The position numbers were made by a program, and so were the translations under genes. From the NCBI GenBank assembly GCA_964564325.1, contig CAZMBD010000001.1:71867-135866 (forward strand): a stretch of 64,000 nt of DNA, given 5' to 3'. Positions 29,187 to 39,242 of this stretch are shown here, one piece after another (the stretch's first letter is position 1; each line of letters starts with the position of its first letter). The notes under the pieces were generated by a model, which saw nothing but the letters and a program-made list of their open reading frames with translations, was not told the DNA's origin and did no database searches. The stretch comes from an uncultured Clostridiaceae bacterium (GTDB lineage Bacteria > Bacillota > Clostridia > Tissierellales > Tepidimicrobiaceae).

Positions 29187-29360
29187 TTTTAATAATAATA
29201 TGCCCATTATAACTAATACAATTCCTATTAAAAATAAAAGCATCTCTATAGAAATTATATTTATAATAATCATTAAACCTATAATTCCTAAGACTATGCC
29301 TACTATTTTTTTTATCTTATGTCTATATTTACATCTATATTTATAAAAAAAATTTTTCAT
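29178..29360 (-). CDS. Small membrane protein (about 60 aa, basic N-terminus, two hydrophobic segments)
   Basis: ATG 29360 lies 6 nt after a GAGGTG SD. MKNFFYKYRCKYRHKIKK is followed by two hydrophobic stretches. No family recognised. Confidence 0.5.
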   Translation of the reverse strand: MKNFFYKYRCKYRHKIKKIVGIVLGIIGLMIIINIISIEMLLFLIGIVLVIMGILLLKLK

Positions 29361-29424
29361 AAAAAACACCTCAAATAATATGGCTTATTTCATATTATTC
29401 AAGGCGTTTAATTTTAGTTACATA

Positions 29425-30060
29425 CTAATCAAGAGATATAATTACTAATGCTATTCCACTATGAATTTTTATATATCCATAAGATCCTTTTATTTCATTA
29501 CTTATTCCTAAAGTCGAACTAAATTCAAGTTTTGCCTTAGATAAAGGATACTCAAAACCATTTAAAGATACTTGAATCCCGTTATCTGTAATAGGAATTA
29601 TAGATACATAAGAATTCCTTTGTTTTTTAATTTTTAACTCATTATCAACTAAATATATAATATTATGGTGGTCAATTATTTTACCCTTAACCTTCTTATC
29701 TCTTAATTTTTTAAGTAAAAATATATTGCCTAAAGTATGATCCATTCTAGTACCTAATGCTCCTAATATAGTAATATCTCGAAAACCTTTTTCAATTAAA
29801 TAATCAATTGCTAATTCTGTATCTGTATTATCTTTTTTAACTGGAAACTTTACAATTGGAATTTTTTGATATTCAATGGTTTTTAGGCTATTCTCTTCAA
29901 TGGAATCCAAATCTCCAATTATAATATCAGGTACTAAATTAGCATCTAGACAATAATTTGTTCCACCATCAGCACATATTATAAAATCCATATCATCCGC
30001 TACTTTTTTTATGAGCTCAATATTTTCAATATTCCCACCTGAAACTAGTAATGCTTTCAA
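29425..30060 (-). CDS. thiN: Thiamine pyrophosphokinase
   Basis: 211 aa with the KKDNTDTELAIDYL motif. Same operon as thiT, behind a TPP riboswitch. Confidence 0.9.
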   Translation of the reverse strand: MKALLVSGGNIENIELIKKVADDMDFIICADGGTNYCLDANLVPDIIIGDLDSIEENSLKTIEYQKIPIVKFPVKKDNTDTELAIDYLIEKGFRDITILGALGTRMDHTLGNIFLLKKLRDKKVKGKIIDHHNIIYLVDNELKIKKQRNSYVSIIPITDNGIQVSLNGFEYPLSKAKLEFSSTLGISNEIKGSYGYIKIHSGIALVIISLD

Positions 30061-30075
30061 TTATATCACCATTCT

Positions 30076-30621
30076 TTATTCTTTTGGTATTTTACTAATA
30101 GGTTTCCATATCAATGATAATATTATAGCAGTTATAATAAATTCTGGTAGTAAATATTGTAGTTGATAAATAAGTGAATATTTCCATGCACCCATATCTT
30201 CTGGTGCATATTGACCAAAAAATACAATACCTGCAGTAAAGTGACATAAAAATCTCCCACCAATGGCTAAAAAAGCCCCAAGTATTATATTTAAATAATC
30301 CTTGATTTTATATTCCCCATCATTTATATTAATAATTCCTGCTAAACCCAGTAATCCAAAGGCAATAGGATATTCTAATATAGCTTGTACTGGTGTATAT
30401 ACGTAACCACCTAATATTATTTTTAATACTCCAAATATAGCCCCTGTAATCATTCCTGGTCCTACTCCCCATCTTATTGCAAACAATATTATAGGTATCA
30501 TACTACCTGCAGTAACGGAACCTCCCATAGGTGCTTCATAAAGCTTTATTCTACTTAATAAAACCGACAATGCAATCATAATTCCTGCTTCTGCTAACAT
30601 TTTTGTGCTCCACTTTTTCAT
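30076..30621 (-). CDS. thiT: Thiamine transporter ThiT (ECF S-component type)
   Basis: 181 aa, about 6 TM segments, immediately downstream of the TPP riboswitch. Confidence 0.85.
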   Translation of the reverse strand: MKKWSTKMLAEAGIMIALSVLLSRIKLYEAPMGGSVTAGSMIPIILFAIRWGVGPGMITGAIFGVLKIILGGYVYTPVQAILEYPIAFGLLGLAGIININDGEYKIKDYLNIILGAFLAIGGRFLCHFTAGIVFFGQYAPEDMGAWKYSLIYQLQYLLPEFIITAIILSLIWKPISKIPKE

Positions 30622-30634
30622 CTCATTACCTCCT

Positions 30635-30674
30635 ATAAAAAATAATACCTACTACCAGAATTAGGTAATAGGTA
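30635..30674 (-). terminator. Expression-platform terminator of the TPP riboswitch
   Basis: Sense strand TACCTATTACC-taattct-GGTAGTAGGTA followed by TTATTTTTTAT, directly before the thiT SD. Confidence 0.75.
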
Positions 30675-30690
30675 AATTAAACTATTTATT

Positions 30691-30772
30691 CACTTTCCTA
30701 CGCTAGAATTACCTAGTTCAGGTTAAAAGGGTCGGGATAAAATCCCCTCTCAGCCGTACGGCTCCCCTAGTG
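30691..30772 (-). promoter_or_regulatory. TPP (THI-box) riboswitch aptamer
   Basis: Sense strand CACUAGGGGAGC...GCUGAGA...ACCCUUUUAACCUGA...UAGGUAAUUCUAGCGUAGGAAAGUG. This matches the conserved THI-element core, with P1 closure CACU/AGUG. Confidence 0.93.
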
Positions 30773-30797
30773 CTGATTATATTTAATTGACGTATTC

Positions 30798-30825
30798 ATT
30801 ATATCATATAATTTGAAATATGCAA
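30798..30825 (-). promoter_or_regulatory. Sigma-A-type promoter driving the TPP riboswitch and thiT-thiN
   Basis: Minus strand TTGCAT-16 nt-TATAAT with a TGa extended -10. It abuts the rpe stop codon. Confidence 0.7.
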
Positions 30826-31473
30826 TTATATATTTTTAAACATTTTGGTCCTTGCTTCTATATCCTCTGCTCCAAATATCCCAGAACCAACTACTAAAAT
30901 GTCTGCTCCTAAATTTAATATATCCTTAGCATTATCTAGTTTAATACCTCCATCTACTTCTATTAATATATCTAAATTTCTCTCATCTATAATTCGTCTT
31001 AAATCTGTTATTTTTCTATTCATAGACTTAATATATTTTTGACCACCAAAACCAGGATTTACAGTCATTATCAATACCATATCAATGTATTCTAATACAT
31101 ATTCTAGAGTCTCTAAAGATGTGGCTGGATTTAGTGATACTCCCGCCTTTAGCCCAAAGGATTTGATTTCTTCTATAGTTCTATGTAAATGAGTAGTGGC
31201 CTCCTGATGAATAGTAATAATATCTGCACCTGCCTCATAAAAATCCTTAATATATCTTTCTGGCCTATCTATCATTAAATGAACATCAAAGGGAATATCA
31301 GTTATATCCCTCAATCTCTTTATTACGGGGGGGCCAAAACTAATATTTGGTACATAAATACCGTCCATAACATCTAAATGAATATAATCTGCTCCTCCCT
31401 TTTCTAAGCTTAATATTTCCTCCTTTAGATTTCCAAAATCTGCCGATAATATAGAGGGTGAAATTTGTGCCAA
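30826..31473 (-). CDS. rpe: Ribulose-phosphate 3-epimerase
   Basis: HLDVMDG and NPGFGGQ motifs. TTG start 7 nt after an AGGAGG SD. Confidence 0.95.
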   Translation of the reverse strand: MAQISPSILSADFGNLKEEILSLEKGGADYIHLDVMDGIYVPNISFGPPVIKRLRDITDIPFDVHLMIDRPERYIKDFYEAGADIITIHQEATTHLHRTIEEIKSFGLKAGVSLNPATSLETLEYVLEYIDMVLIMTVNPGFGGQKYIKSMNRKITDLRRIIDERNLDILIEVDGGIKLDNAKDILNLGADILVVGSGIFGAEDIEARTKMFKNI

Positions 31474-31474
31474 T

Positions 31475-32353
31475 TTAATACCTCCTTATGTTTTTAATCT
31501 CTTCTAAAAAGCTCAAATAATTTTCATATCTACTAATGGATATATTTCCATTTTCTAATTGCCTTTTAACCTCACAATCTGGCTCTCTATCATGTAAACA
31601 AGATATGAATTTACATTTATCTTCATACTTCTGAATTTCTTTAAATCCTATTGCTAATTGATTTTTATTTTCAATAAAATCTAAATCTAAAGAGCTAAAA
31701 CCTGGACTATCTAATACATAAGAACTAGAATCTAAATCTAAAAGTTCCACATGGCGAGTAGTATGCTTACCACGAGTTGTTTTTTTACTAACCTCTCCAG
31801 TCTTTAAATCTAGTCCAGGATGAATTTTATTCAATAACGAAGATTTACCTACACCAGATGGACCTGCAAATACAGTAATATTATTTTTTAATTGTTCCCT
31901 TAGCTCTTCAATACCTATATTTTTCGTAGTGCTAGTATTAATAATATGATATCCAGCACTAGAATATATATCGTTAATTGCTTGAATCTTTTCTTCACTC
32001 TCCAAATCTATTTTGTTTAAACAAATATGGATATTTAAGTTTTCAAATTCTGCCATTACTAAAAATCTATCTAGTAACCAAAAATTAATATCTGGTTCCT
32101 TAACACTCATAACTATAATTACTTGAGTAATATTTGCCACAGGAGGTCTTAATAATTGGGATCTTCTTGGCTTAATTTCTTTTATATAGCCAGTATTATC
32201 CTCTTTACTAATTTGAATTTTTACTTTATCTCCAACTAAAGGTATTATATTTTCTTCTCTAAATAATCCTCTAGCCTTACATTCAAAAATTCCTTCCTTA
32301 GTTTGTACATAATAAAATCCCCCAACGCCCTTAACAATAATACCTTCTAACAT
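31475..32353 (-). CDS. rsgA: Ribosome small-subunit-dependent GTPase RsgA
   Basis: AGPSGVGKSSLLN motif and a C-terminal zinc cluster CKFISCLHDREPDC. Confidence 0.95.
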   Translation of the reverse strand: MLEGIIVKGVGGFYYVQTKEGIFECKARGLFREENIIPLVGDKVKIQISKEDNTGYIKEIKPRRSQLLRPPVANITQVIIVMSVKEPDINFWLLDRFLVMAEFENLNIHICLNKIDLESEEKIQAINDIYSSAGYHIINTSTTKNIGIEELREQLKNNITVFAGPSGVGKSSLLNKIHPGLDLKTGEVSKKTTRGKHTTRHVELLDLDSSSYVLDSPGFSSLDLDFIENKNQLAIGFKEIQKYEDKCKFISCLHDREPDCEVKRQLENGNISISRYENYLSFLEEIKNIRRY

Positions 32354-32363
32354 TTAAAACCTC

Positions 32364-34295
32364 CTACTTGTCTGGATGATATATAGTCTCTTTATGCTCT
32401 CCATTATAATAAAGTCTAAATTCCGCATCCAATTTCCCTTTTAAAGGTATTTTAATAGTTTTTCCATCTGATACATGTACTTCATCATAAAGAACTTCTA
32501 TAAAGTTATCCTGGATCCTTTCTACCCTAATTTCAATTTCAGAACCGTCTTCAGGCAATGTTAAATTTAAATTAAAAGGAACTTCTTTTTCTTCTTTAGG
32601 TTCAGGTTCTGGTTCAGGTTCTGGACCTGTACTTATCTTTATATCTACTCTAGTATTAGCCTCTACAGATGTTCCAGGCTGAATACTTTGCCACATTACT
32701 CTTCCAGCTTCATATTCATCGCTTGGAGCCTTATCTGTATTGCCCTTAGCAAGACCTGATGCAATTAAAGCACTATTAGCTTCATTTTCAGTTCTATTTA
32801 AAAGGCTTGGCATATCAACCATTTTCTTCTCTGGGCCTTGACTTACTACAATATCTATTTTTGTACCCTCTTCTACTTCTTTATAAGGTTCAGGGTATTG
32901 ATTTATTATAAAATTAGCTTCTACAGTATCACTAAATTGTGGTGTAACTATTCCATCTTCTAAATTCTTTTCACTTAGTATGGCATCAATTTCAGCAATA
33001 TTTTTTCCTATTAAACTCGGAACCTTTACAAGCTTACCACCGGTACTTACAGTAACTTCAATAGTATAACCTGATTTTACCTTTTCACCTACTTTGGTTT
33101 TTTGATCTATTATCTCACCTTTTTTAAATTCACTACTAGATATCTCTTTCCCAACTTTTAATTTTAATCCAAAGTCTTCCAGGGTTTGCTCAGCTTTTTC
33201 TACTTGCATACCAACTAAATTTGGAACTTCTACTTCATCTGAAATAAAGTAATTTTTCAACCTATAATAACCATATACTCCAGAAGCTACAACTACAAAA
33301 GCCAAAAATATTGCTAAAAGCATCATTTTAGTACTACTATCGCCATTTTTCTTTTCTTTCTTCTTTTTATTCCTTTTCATATCATCATTTCCTTCATCAT
33401 TTACTATAGGTATAATCTGTGTAGGTGATTCAATTAAAGCTGTGTCATCTATATTTTTATTACCTATGGAATATTTAACTCTTCTCAAATCCCTTAACAA
33501 TTCAGATGCATTATTATACCTATCTAATTGACTTTTCTTAACACATTTCATAATAATATTTTCTAGACTAACTGGAATAGTTGGATCAATTGACCTTGGA
33601 GGCAATACCTCTTCTTGTATATGTTTCAACGCCACAGATATTGGGCTATCTCCTTCATAAGGTACTTTGCCAGTTATCATCTCATATATTACTATGCCTA
33701 AAGAATAAATATCAGACTTTTCATCTGTATAGCCTCCTCTAGCTTGCTCTGGTGAAAAATAATGTACGGAGCCTATAACATTTGAAGTATTTGTAACTGT
33801 AGAGGCTGTAGCAGCCCTTGCAATACCAAAGTCAGTTACTTTCACTCTTCCATCCTCAGTTATCATAATATTATGGGGTTTAATATCCCTGTGAACAATA
33901 TGATTTTTGTGAGCATGTTCCAATGCCTCTGCTATTTGAATTGAATAATCTAGAGTTTCCTCTAAAGATAATTTTCCCTTTTCCCTAATTATGCCCTTTA
34001 AAGTCTTTCCATTTATATATTCCATAACAATATAATAAATCCTTTCCCCATCCACTTCCTCAGCTCCAACATCATAAACATTCACAATGTTTGGATGGGA
34101 TAAACTAGCAGCTGCCTGGGATTCTCGTCTAAATTTTTTTACAAATTCTTCATCATTCACAAATTCATCTCTTAAAATTTTTACAGCAACATTTCTATTT
34201 AAAAGTCTACATTTAGCCTTATATACATAGGCCATACCCCCAGCACCAATTTTTTCAATTATTTCATATCTACCACCTAATACAATTCCTATCAT
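32364..34295 (-). CDS. prkC: Ser/Thr protein kinase with PASTA domains (PrkC/PknB)
   Basis: HRDIKPHN and DFGIA motifs, one TM, three PASTA-like repeats, a (PE)n linker and a C-terminal beta-rich domain. Start set to ATG 34295, behind a GAGGTGA SD. Confidence 0.95.
   Translation of the reverse strand: MIGIVLGGRYEIIEKIGAGGMAYVYKAKCRLLNRNVAVKILRDEFVNDEEFVKKFRRESQAAASLSHPNIVNVYDVGAEEVDGERIYYIVMEYINGKTLKGIIREKGKLSLEETLDYSIQIAEALEHAHKNHIVHRDIKPHNIMITEDGRVKVTDFGIARAATASTVTNTSNVIGSVHYFSPEQARGGYTDEKSDIYSLGIVIYEMITGKVPYEGDSPISVALKHIQEEVLPPRSIDPTIPVSLENIIMKCVKKSQLDRYNNASELLRDLRRVKYSIGNKNIDDTALIESPTQIIPIVNDEGNDDMKRNKKKKEKKNGDSSTKMMLLAIFLAFVVVASGVYGYYRLKNYFISDEVEVPNLVGMQVEKAEQTLEDFGLKLKVGKEISSSEFKKGEIIDQKTKVGEKVKSGYTIEVTVSTGGKLVKVPSLIGKNIAEIDAILSEKNLEDGIVTPQFSDTVEANFIINQYPEPYKEVEEGTKIDIVVSQGPEKKMVDMPSLLNRTENEANSALIASGLAKGNTDKAPSDEYEAGRVMWQSIQPGTSVEANTRVDIKISTGPEPEPEPEPKEEKEVPFNLNLTLPEDGSEIEIRVERIQDNFIEVLYDEVHVSDGKTIKIPLKGKLDAEFRLYYNGEHKETIYHPDK
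32599..32624 (-). repeat. Short tandem repeat encoding the (PE)n linker of PrkC
   Basis: ggttcaggttct is repeated about 2.2 times on the plus strand and encodes GPEPEPEPEPK. Confidence 0.8.
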
Positions 34296-34313
34296 ATTAA
34301 TCACCTCACTTAA

Positions 34314-35045
34314 CTAAAATTTTACCGCTATTACAGTAATATTATCATATCCACCTCTATCATTTGAAAGCTCGACTAAATCTTCACATGTTCTTTGCAC
34401 ATTTTTACTATTTATTAAAAATTCTTCAATTTCATTGTCATCTAACATATTTGTCAAACCATCTGTACATAATAGAAATAATTTAGTTTCCTCTTTAGGA
34501 ATTATAATTATGTCTATATCTATTTTTTCTCCAGTACCTACAGCCCTTGTAATAATATTTCGTTGTGGATGGTATTTAGCTTCTTCCCTACTAATGCTAC
34601 CGTTTTTTATTAACTCTTCTACTAAAGAATGATCTTCTGTTACCTGGGACAATTTATTATTACTAAGTACATATGCCCTACTATCGCCTACATGCCCAAT
34701 ATATAAATTTTTATCTGTTACATAAGCTAAGGTAACGGTAGTCCCCATACCTGAACACTTTTCTTCGCTCTTAGCCTTATTGTATATTTTATTATTTGCC
34801 TCATCAATTGAGTTAAATATTTTCTTTTTTATACATTCCTCTCCAAAATCTCCTAAATTTAAGTCACTATTGAAATTTTTACTAATTATTTCAACAGCTA
34901 AATTACTTGCAATTTCACCTGCCTTATGCCCTCCCATACCATCAGCAATAATAAATAAAGGCTCTTCTCCATCTAAGGGAATGTAATATGCGTCTTGATT
35001 ATTGTCTCTAATTCTACCTGCATCTGTCTTCATGCCAATATCCAA
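34314..35045 (-). CDS. prpC: PP2C-family Ser/Thr phosphatase (PrpC/Stp)
   Basis: ADGMGGH and DNITVI motifs. Probable TTG start at 35045 (MDIGMKTDAGRIR), 6 nt after GAGGTG. ATG 35033 is the alternative. The track start at 35084 overlaps rlmN. Confidence 0.92.
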   Translation of the reverse strand: MDIGMKTDAGRIRDNNQDAYYIPLDGEEPLFIIADGMGGHKAGEIASNLAVEIISKNFNSDLNLGDFGEECIKKKIFNSIDEANNKIYNKAKSEEKCSGMGTTVTLAYVTDKNLYIGHVGDSRAYVLSNNKLSQVTEDHSLVEELIKNGSISREEAKYHPQRNIITRAVGTGEKIDIDIIIIPKEETKLFLLCTDGLTNMLDDNEIEEFLINSKNVQRTCEDLVELSNDRGGYDNITVIAVKF

Positions 35046-35055
35046 TATAATCACC

Positions 35056-36111
35056 TCACCGAATAGTTTTACTGTCCCTATCATTTATGTATCTTCGTCT
35101 TAATTGGCCACATGAAGCATTTATATCTCTACCCATTTCTTTTCTTATGGTAGTGGGTATTCCAGCTCTAATCAAATCTTCTTGAAATTTTTCAATATTA
35201 GATATTGGTGGCCTCCCCTTACAATATTCCTCAATTGGATTTAATGGTATTAAATTAATATGACAGTTCAAACCTTTTAATATTTTATTTAACTCTTTTA
35301 AATCTTTTTCTCTATCATTAATTCCTTGAATGACAGTATATTCCATAGTAATTCTTCTATTATTTTTTTTATAATAATATTTACAAGCTTCTATAATTTC
35401 TTTAACTGAATATTTTCTGCCTATGGGCATTATTTCTCTTCTTCTTTCATCAAATGGAGAATGCAAAGAAATAGATAGAGTTATAGGTATTTCCTCATCT
35501 GCCAATTGGTAAATTTTAGGAACCAACCCACAGGTAGATAAGGTAATATTTCTAAAACTAATATTATGACCTTTTTCATGGTGAATTATATTTAAAAATT
35601 TTATTACATTTTCATAATTATCTAAAGGTTCACCACTACCCATTAAAACAATATTGTTTATTTTATTCCCTAAATCTTCTTCCATTTTATAAATTTGACC
35701 TGCCATTTCAAAAGGAGTTAAATTTCTTACTAAGCCTTCCTTTGTAGACGCACAAAATGAACATCCCATTCTACATCCCACTTGAGTAGAGATGCATGCC
35801 GTAAGTCCATGGGTATACTCCATAATAACTCCTTCTATAATATTATTATCTTCCAATAAAAATAGATATTTTTTTGTATTATCAATTTTAGAGTCAAATC
35901 TTTTAAAAATTTGAATTTTCTCAATTGTAGAGGTACTTTTTAGCTTGTCCCTTAAGGCCTTGGAAAACACGGTAATTTCCATGATCTCAGTTCCATAATT
36001 TTTGTGAATATAGCTAAACAATTGCTCAGCTCTAAATTTTTGTTCCCCAATACTTTTAAAAAACACCTCCATTTCTTCAAATGTTAAACTACTTAATTCA
36101 ATTTTATGCAA
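35056..36111 (-). CDS. rlmN: 23S rRNA/tRNA (adenine-C2)-methyltransferase RlmN
   Basis: CRMGCSFCAS radical SAM cluster. TTG start. Confidence 0.95.
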   Translation of the reverse strand: MHKIELSSLTFEEMEVFFKSIGEQKFRAEQLFSYIHKNYGTEIMEITVFSKALRDKLKSTSTIEKIQIFKRFDSKIDNTKKYLFLLEDNNIIEGVIMEYTHGLTACISTQVGCRMGCSFCASTKEGLVRNLTPFEMAGQIYKMEEDLGNKINNIVLMGSGEPLDNYENVIKFLNIIHHEKGHNISFRNITLSTCGLVPKIYQLADEEIPITLSISLHSPFDERRREIMPIGRKYSVKEIIEACKYYYKKNNRRITMEYTVIQGINDREKDLKELNKILKGLNCHINLIPLNPIEEYCKGRPPISNIEKFQEDLIRAGIPTTIRKEMGRDINASCGQLRRRYINDRDSKTIR

Positions 36112-36173
36112 GAAATCACCCCATACTTATTCTTAATTTAATATTATACCACAATTTCTAAAAAAATTAATTA

Positions 36174-37505
36174 CTAAATCTTTTTTAACTTCGTAATAAA
36201 AAATCCATCTGTATTATGTATGTGTGGGAAAAGTTGTATAAATCCATTGTTTGCGCCTTCCATAAATTCATTTAGAAGAAGTTTATCCCTAAAATCTACT
36301 AATTCAAAATCCTTATTATTAGATAGAAATTTGTCTATTATATTATGATTCTCTTCTTTCATAATAGTACATGTGCTGTATATCATTATGCCACCTGGTT
36401 TTAAATATTCCTTAGCATTATTTAATATATTCCATTGAATATCTGTTAAGTTTTTAATATCCCCTTCATCCCTATTCCATTTTATTTCTGGTTTTCTTCT
36501 AATTATTCCCAAACCCGAACAAGGGGCATCGATTATACAATAATCTACCTTTCTAATTAAACTTTCATCTAATACAGTGGCATCAAATTTTTCTGTTTTA
36601 ATTATCCCTATACCTAGTCTATCACTATTTTCTTGAATTAATTTTAATTTATGATCATATATATCTCTAGATATTATTTTTCCCCTATTATTCATTATCT
36701 GTGCTATATGAGTAGATTTTCCACCAGGGGCAGAACATAAATCTAATACAAAAGAATTTTCTACAGGATCCATTATTTGTGAAACCAACATACTACTTTC
36801 ATCTTGAATTGTAAAATATCCCTTTTTATATTCTTCTATAGATGTAATTTTTATTGGATTATTTATAATAAGTCCATCTTTTGCATATTTGGTCTCCGAT
36901 ACATTATAACCATAATTTGAAAGTCTTTTTATTAAATCTTCTTTCTTAATTTTTAATGTATTTACCCTAATATTTAATTTAGGCCTACTATTATTCCCTT
37001 GGCATAAACTTTCAGTAAATTCAAATCCATAGTTTTCTAGCCAACTTTCAATCATCCATTTAGGATGAGAATATTTAATAGATAGAAAATTCACTTCATC
37101 TTTATTATCTACTATCATTAATTTTTCTTTGTTTTTAGAAACATTTCGTAAAACTCCATTTACAAATCCAGAAATACCCTTATGACCATACTTCTTAGAT
37201 AAATTTACAGCCTCATTTACTGCTGCACTATTTGGAATTTTGTCCATAAATACAATCTGATATACTCCCATCCTTAAAATCTCCAATATAGTAGGATGTA
37301 TCTTCTTTAGTTTTATACTAGAAGCCTGAGAGATTATATAATCTATATATTTTTTGTTTTCAATTACTCCATAAACAATTTCCCTAATAAAGTTTTCATT
37401 TTCTATGTTTTTATTTTTTAAATGCTTATTAATAGAATGATTTGAATAAGCACCATTAATATTTATATCTATTAAAATATTCAAAATAATCTCCCTAGAA
37501 TTCAT
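36174..37505 (-). CDS. rsmB: 16S rRNA (cytosine967-C5)-methyltransferase RsmB
   Basis: NusB-like N-terminal domain, then DLCSAPGGKS and YSTCT motifs. Confidence 0.94.
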   Translation of the reverse strand: MNSREIILNILIDININGAYSNHSINKHLKNKNIENENFIREIVYGVIENKKYIDYIISQASSIKLKKIHPTILEILRMGVYQIVFMDKIPNSAAVNEAVNLSKKYGHKGISGFVNGVLRNVSKNKEKLMIVDNKDEVNFLSIKYSHPKWMIESWLENYGFEFTESLCQGNNSRPKLNIRVNTLKIKKEDLIKRLSNYGYNVSETKYAKDGLIINNPIKITSIEEYKKGYFTIQDESSMLVSQIMDPVENSFVLDLCSAPGGKSTHIAQIMNNRGKIISRDIYDHKLKLIQENSDRLGIGIIKTEKFDATVLDESLIRKVDYCIIDAPCSGLGIIRRKPEIKWNRDEGDIKNLTDIQWNILNNAKEYLKPGGIMIYSTCTIMKEENHNIIDKFLSNNKDFELVDFRDKLLLNEFMEGANNGFIQLFPHIHNTDGFFITKLKKI

Positions 37506-37525
37506 AAAAATTCCTCCTAAAATTT

Positions 37526-37553
37526 ATTTTGCCTGGTATATACCAGGCAAAAT
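37526..37553 (-). terminator. Perfect 28-nt palindrome between the zinc peptidase gene and rsmB (terminator-like)
   Basis: ATTTTGCCTGGTATATACCAGGCAAAAT. The sense-strand tail AAATTTTA is only partly U-rich. Confidence 0.55.
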
Positions 37554-37568
37554 GATTGTATTATCAAT

Positions 37569-38267
37569 TTAATCTCTTCGTCTATTTGACATAGCCATTA
37601 ATCTTAGTAATTGACCAAGAGCTACCAATGTAGCTGCTACATAGGTTAATGCTGCTGCAGATAAAACTTTTTTAGATGATCTTACTTCATCGTCATAAAT
37701 AAATCCATTTTCCAATTGAGCTAAAGCCCTTCTACTAGCATTAACTTCCACAGGCAATGTAATAATTTGAAACAATACTACTGCTAAATAAAGTGCTATT
37801 CCTACTTCCAATAGAAATGGTTCTATTAATAAACCAAGTATTACCAAAATCCATACAAATTGAGAACCAATATGTGCAATAGGTGCTATATTATTTCTAA
37901 GAATTAATGGAAAATATCCCTCTCCATGTTGTATAGCATGACCTACCTCATGAGCTGCAACAGAAATAGCCGCAATTGAGGTACCATTATAGACATTACT
38001 AGATAGTCTAACCACTTTTATCCTCGGATCATAATGATCTGTTAAATTTCCTGCAACTGGTTCAATCCTCACATCATATAATCCATTTCTATCTAAAATA
38101 GTTCTAGCCACCTCTTTCCCAGTATAACCTGAACGACTAGCTACTCTTAAATACCTATTAAATGAAATACTAACCTTTAATTGTGCATACATAGCAAAGA
38201 GAATAGCTGGAAATAAAAATAGCATCCACGTACCTCCATCACCATAATACCCATATCCTGAATACAT
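37569..38267 (-). CDS. Membrane zinc metallopeptidase (neutral zinc metallopeptidase, Zn_peptidase_2-like)
   Basis: HEVGHAIQH zinc motif with flanking TM segments, 232 aa. Confidence 0.85.
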   Translation of the reverse strand: MYSGYGYYGDGGTWMLFLFPAILFAMYAQLKVSISFNRYLRVASRSGYTGKEVARTILDRNGLYDVRIEPVAGNLTDHYDPRIKVVRLSSNVYNGTSIAAISVAAHEVGHAIQHGEGYFPLILRNNIAPIAHIGSQFVWILVILGLLIEPFLLEVGIALYLAVVLFQIITLPVEVNASRRALAQLENGFIYDDEVRSSKKVLSAAALTYVAATLVALGQLLRLMAMSNRRRD

Positions 38268-38295
38268 TATACCACCCTTTCTAAAATAGATTAAT

Positions 38296-39225
38296 TTAAC
38301 CCAATTTTACATGAGTATCAAATTCATTTCCCCTTAAATAATCAGATATATGCATTTTTTTCTTCCCAGGAAATTGTAAAACTTCAATAACAATGCATTT
38401 ATCTTTACAATTAACAAAAATTCCCTTATCATTTACTTTTACGACTATGCCATTTTCTTCATCTGAAAACTTTTTTATCATCTTAGCTTCATGTATTTTT
38501 ATGTTTTGATTATTATAAAAGGTATATGCAGAAGGCCAAGGCTTAAGCCCCCTTATTAAATTTATAATATTTTTCCCTGAATCATCCCAATTAATCTTCC
38601 CCATATTCTTAGTTAAGATTGGTGCATAATTTGATAAATTATCATCTTGGGGAATTTTATCTATTGTGCCTTTTTCTAAATCTTCAAGGGTTTTTAAAAT
38701 CATTTCCCCACCTAAAGACGATAATTTATCGTGAATAGATATGGAATCATCTGAATCTTTTATGGGGATACTTTTTATATTTAATATAGGTCCTGTATCT
38801 AATCCTTTGTTCATTTTCATTATACTAATTCCAGTTTTCTCTTCTCCATTTATAATTGCCCAATTAATAGGTGCAGCTCCTCTGTATTTAGGTAATAGCG
38901 ATGCATGTATATTAACACATCCATATTTAGGTAATTTTAATATTTCTTCTTTAAGTATTTGCCCAAAAGCAACTACTACTATACAATCTGGTTTTAATTT
39001 TTTTATCTTATCTATTGCTTCTTTAGAATTAATATTATCTGGCTGATAAACTTCAAGCCCTAATTCTAAAGCTTTTTCTTTTACTGGAGTATACTGCATC
39101 TTTTTCCCTCTACCTCTAGGCTTATCTTTTTGTGTAATTATTAGAGAAATATTATGCTTGCTTTTACATATATTATCTAAAGCTGGAAGAGCAAACTCTG
39201 GAGTTCCTGCAAAAACTATATTCAC
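38296..39225 (-). CDS. fmt: Methionyl-tRNA formyltransferase
   Basis: HASLLPKYRGAAPI motif. GTG start behind a GGAGGTGA SD. Confidence 0.96.
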   Translation of the reverse strand: MNIVFAGTPEFALPALDNICKSKHNISLIITQKDKPRGRGKKMQYTPVKEKALELGLEVYQPDNINSKEAIDKIKKLKPDCIVVVAFGQILKEEILKLPKYGCVNIHASLLPKYRGAAPINWAIINGEEKTGISIMKMNKGLDTGPILNIKSIPIKDSDDSISIHDKLSSLGGEMILKTLEDLEKGTIDKIPQDDNLSNYAPILTKNMGKINWDDSGKNIINLIRGLKPWPSAYTFYNNQNIKIHEAKMIKKFSDEENGIVVKVNDKGIFVNCKDKCIVIEVLQFPGKKKMHISDYLRGNEFDTHVKLG

Positions 39226-39242
39226 TAGATCACCTCCAAGTT

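Noticed and set aside
32599-32624. Tandem 12-nt repeat in prkC as a phase-variation (contingency) locus.
   Set aside because: The repeat unit is a multiple of 3 and encodes a flexible (PE)n linker. Slippage would change linker length, not the reading frame.
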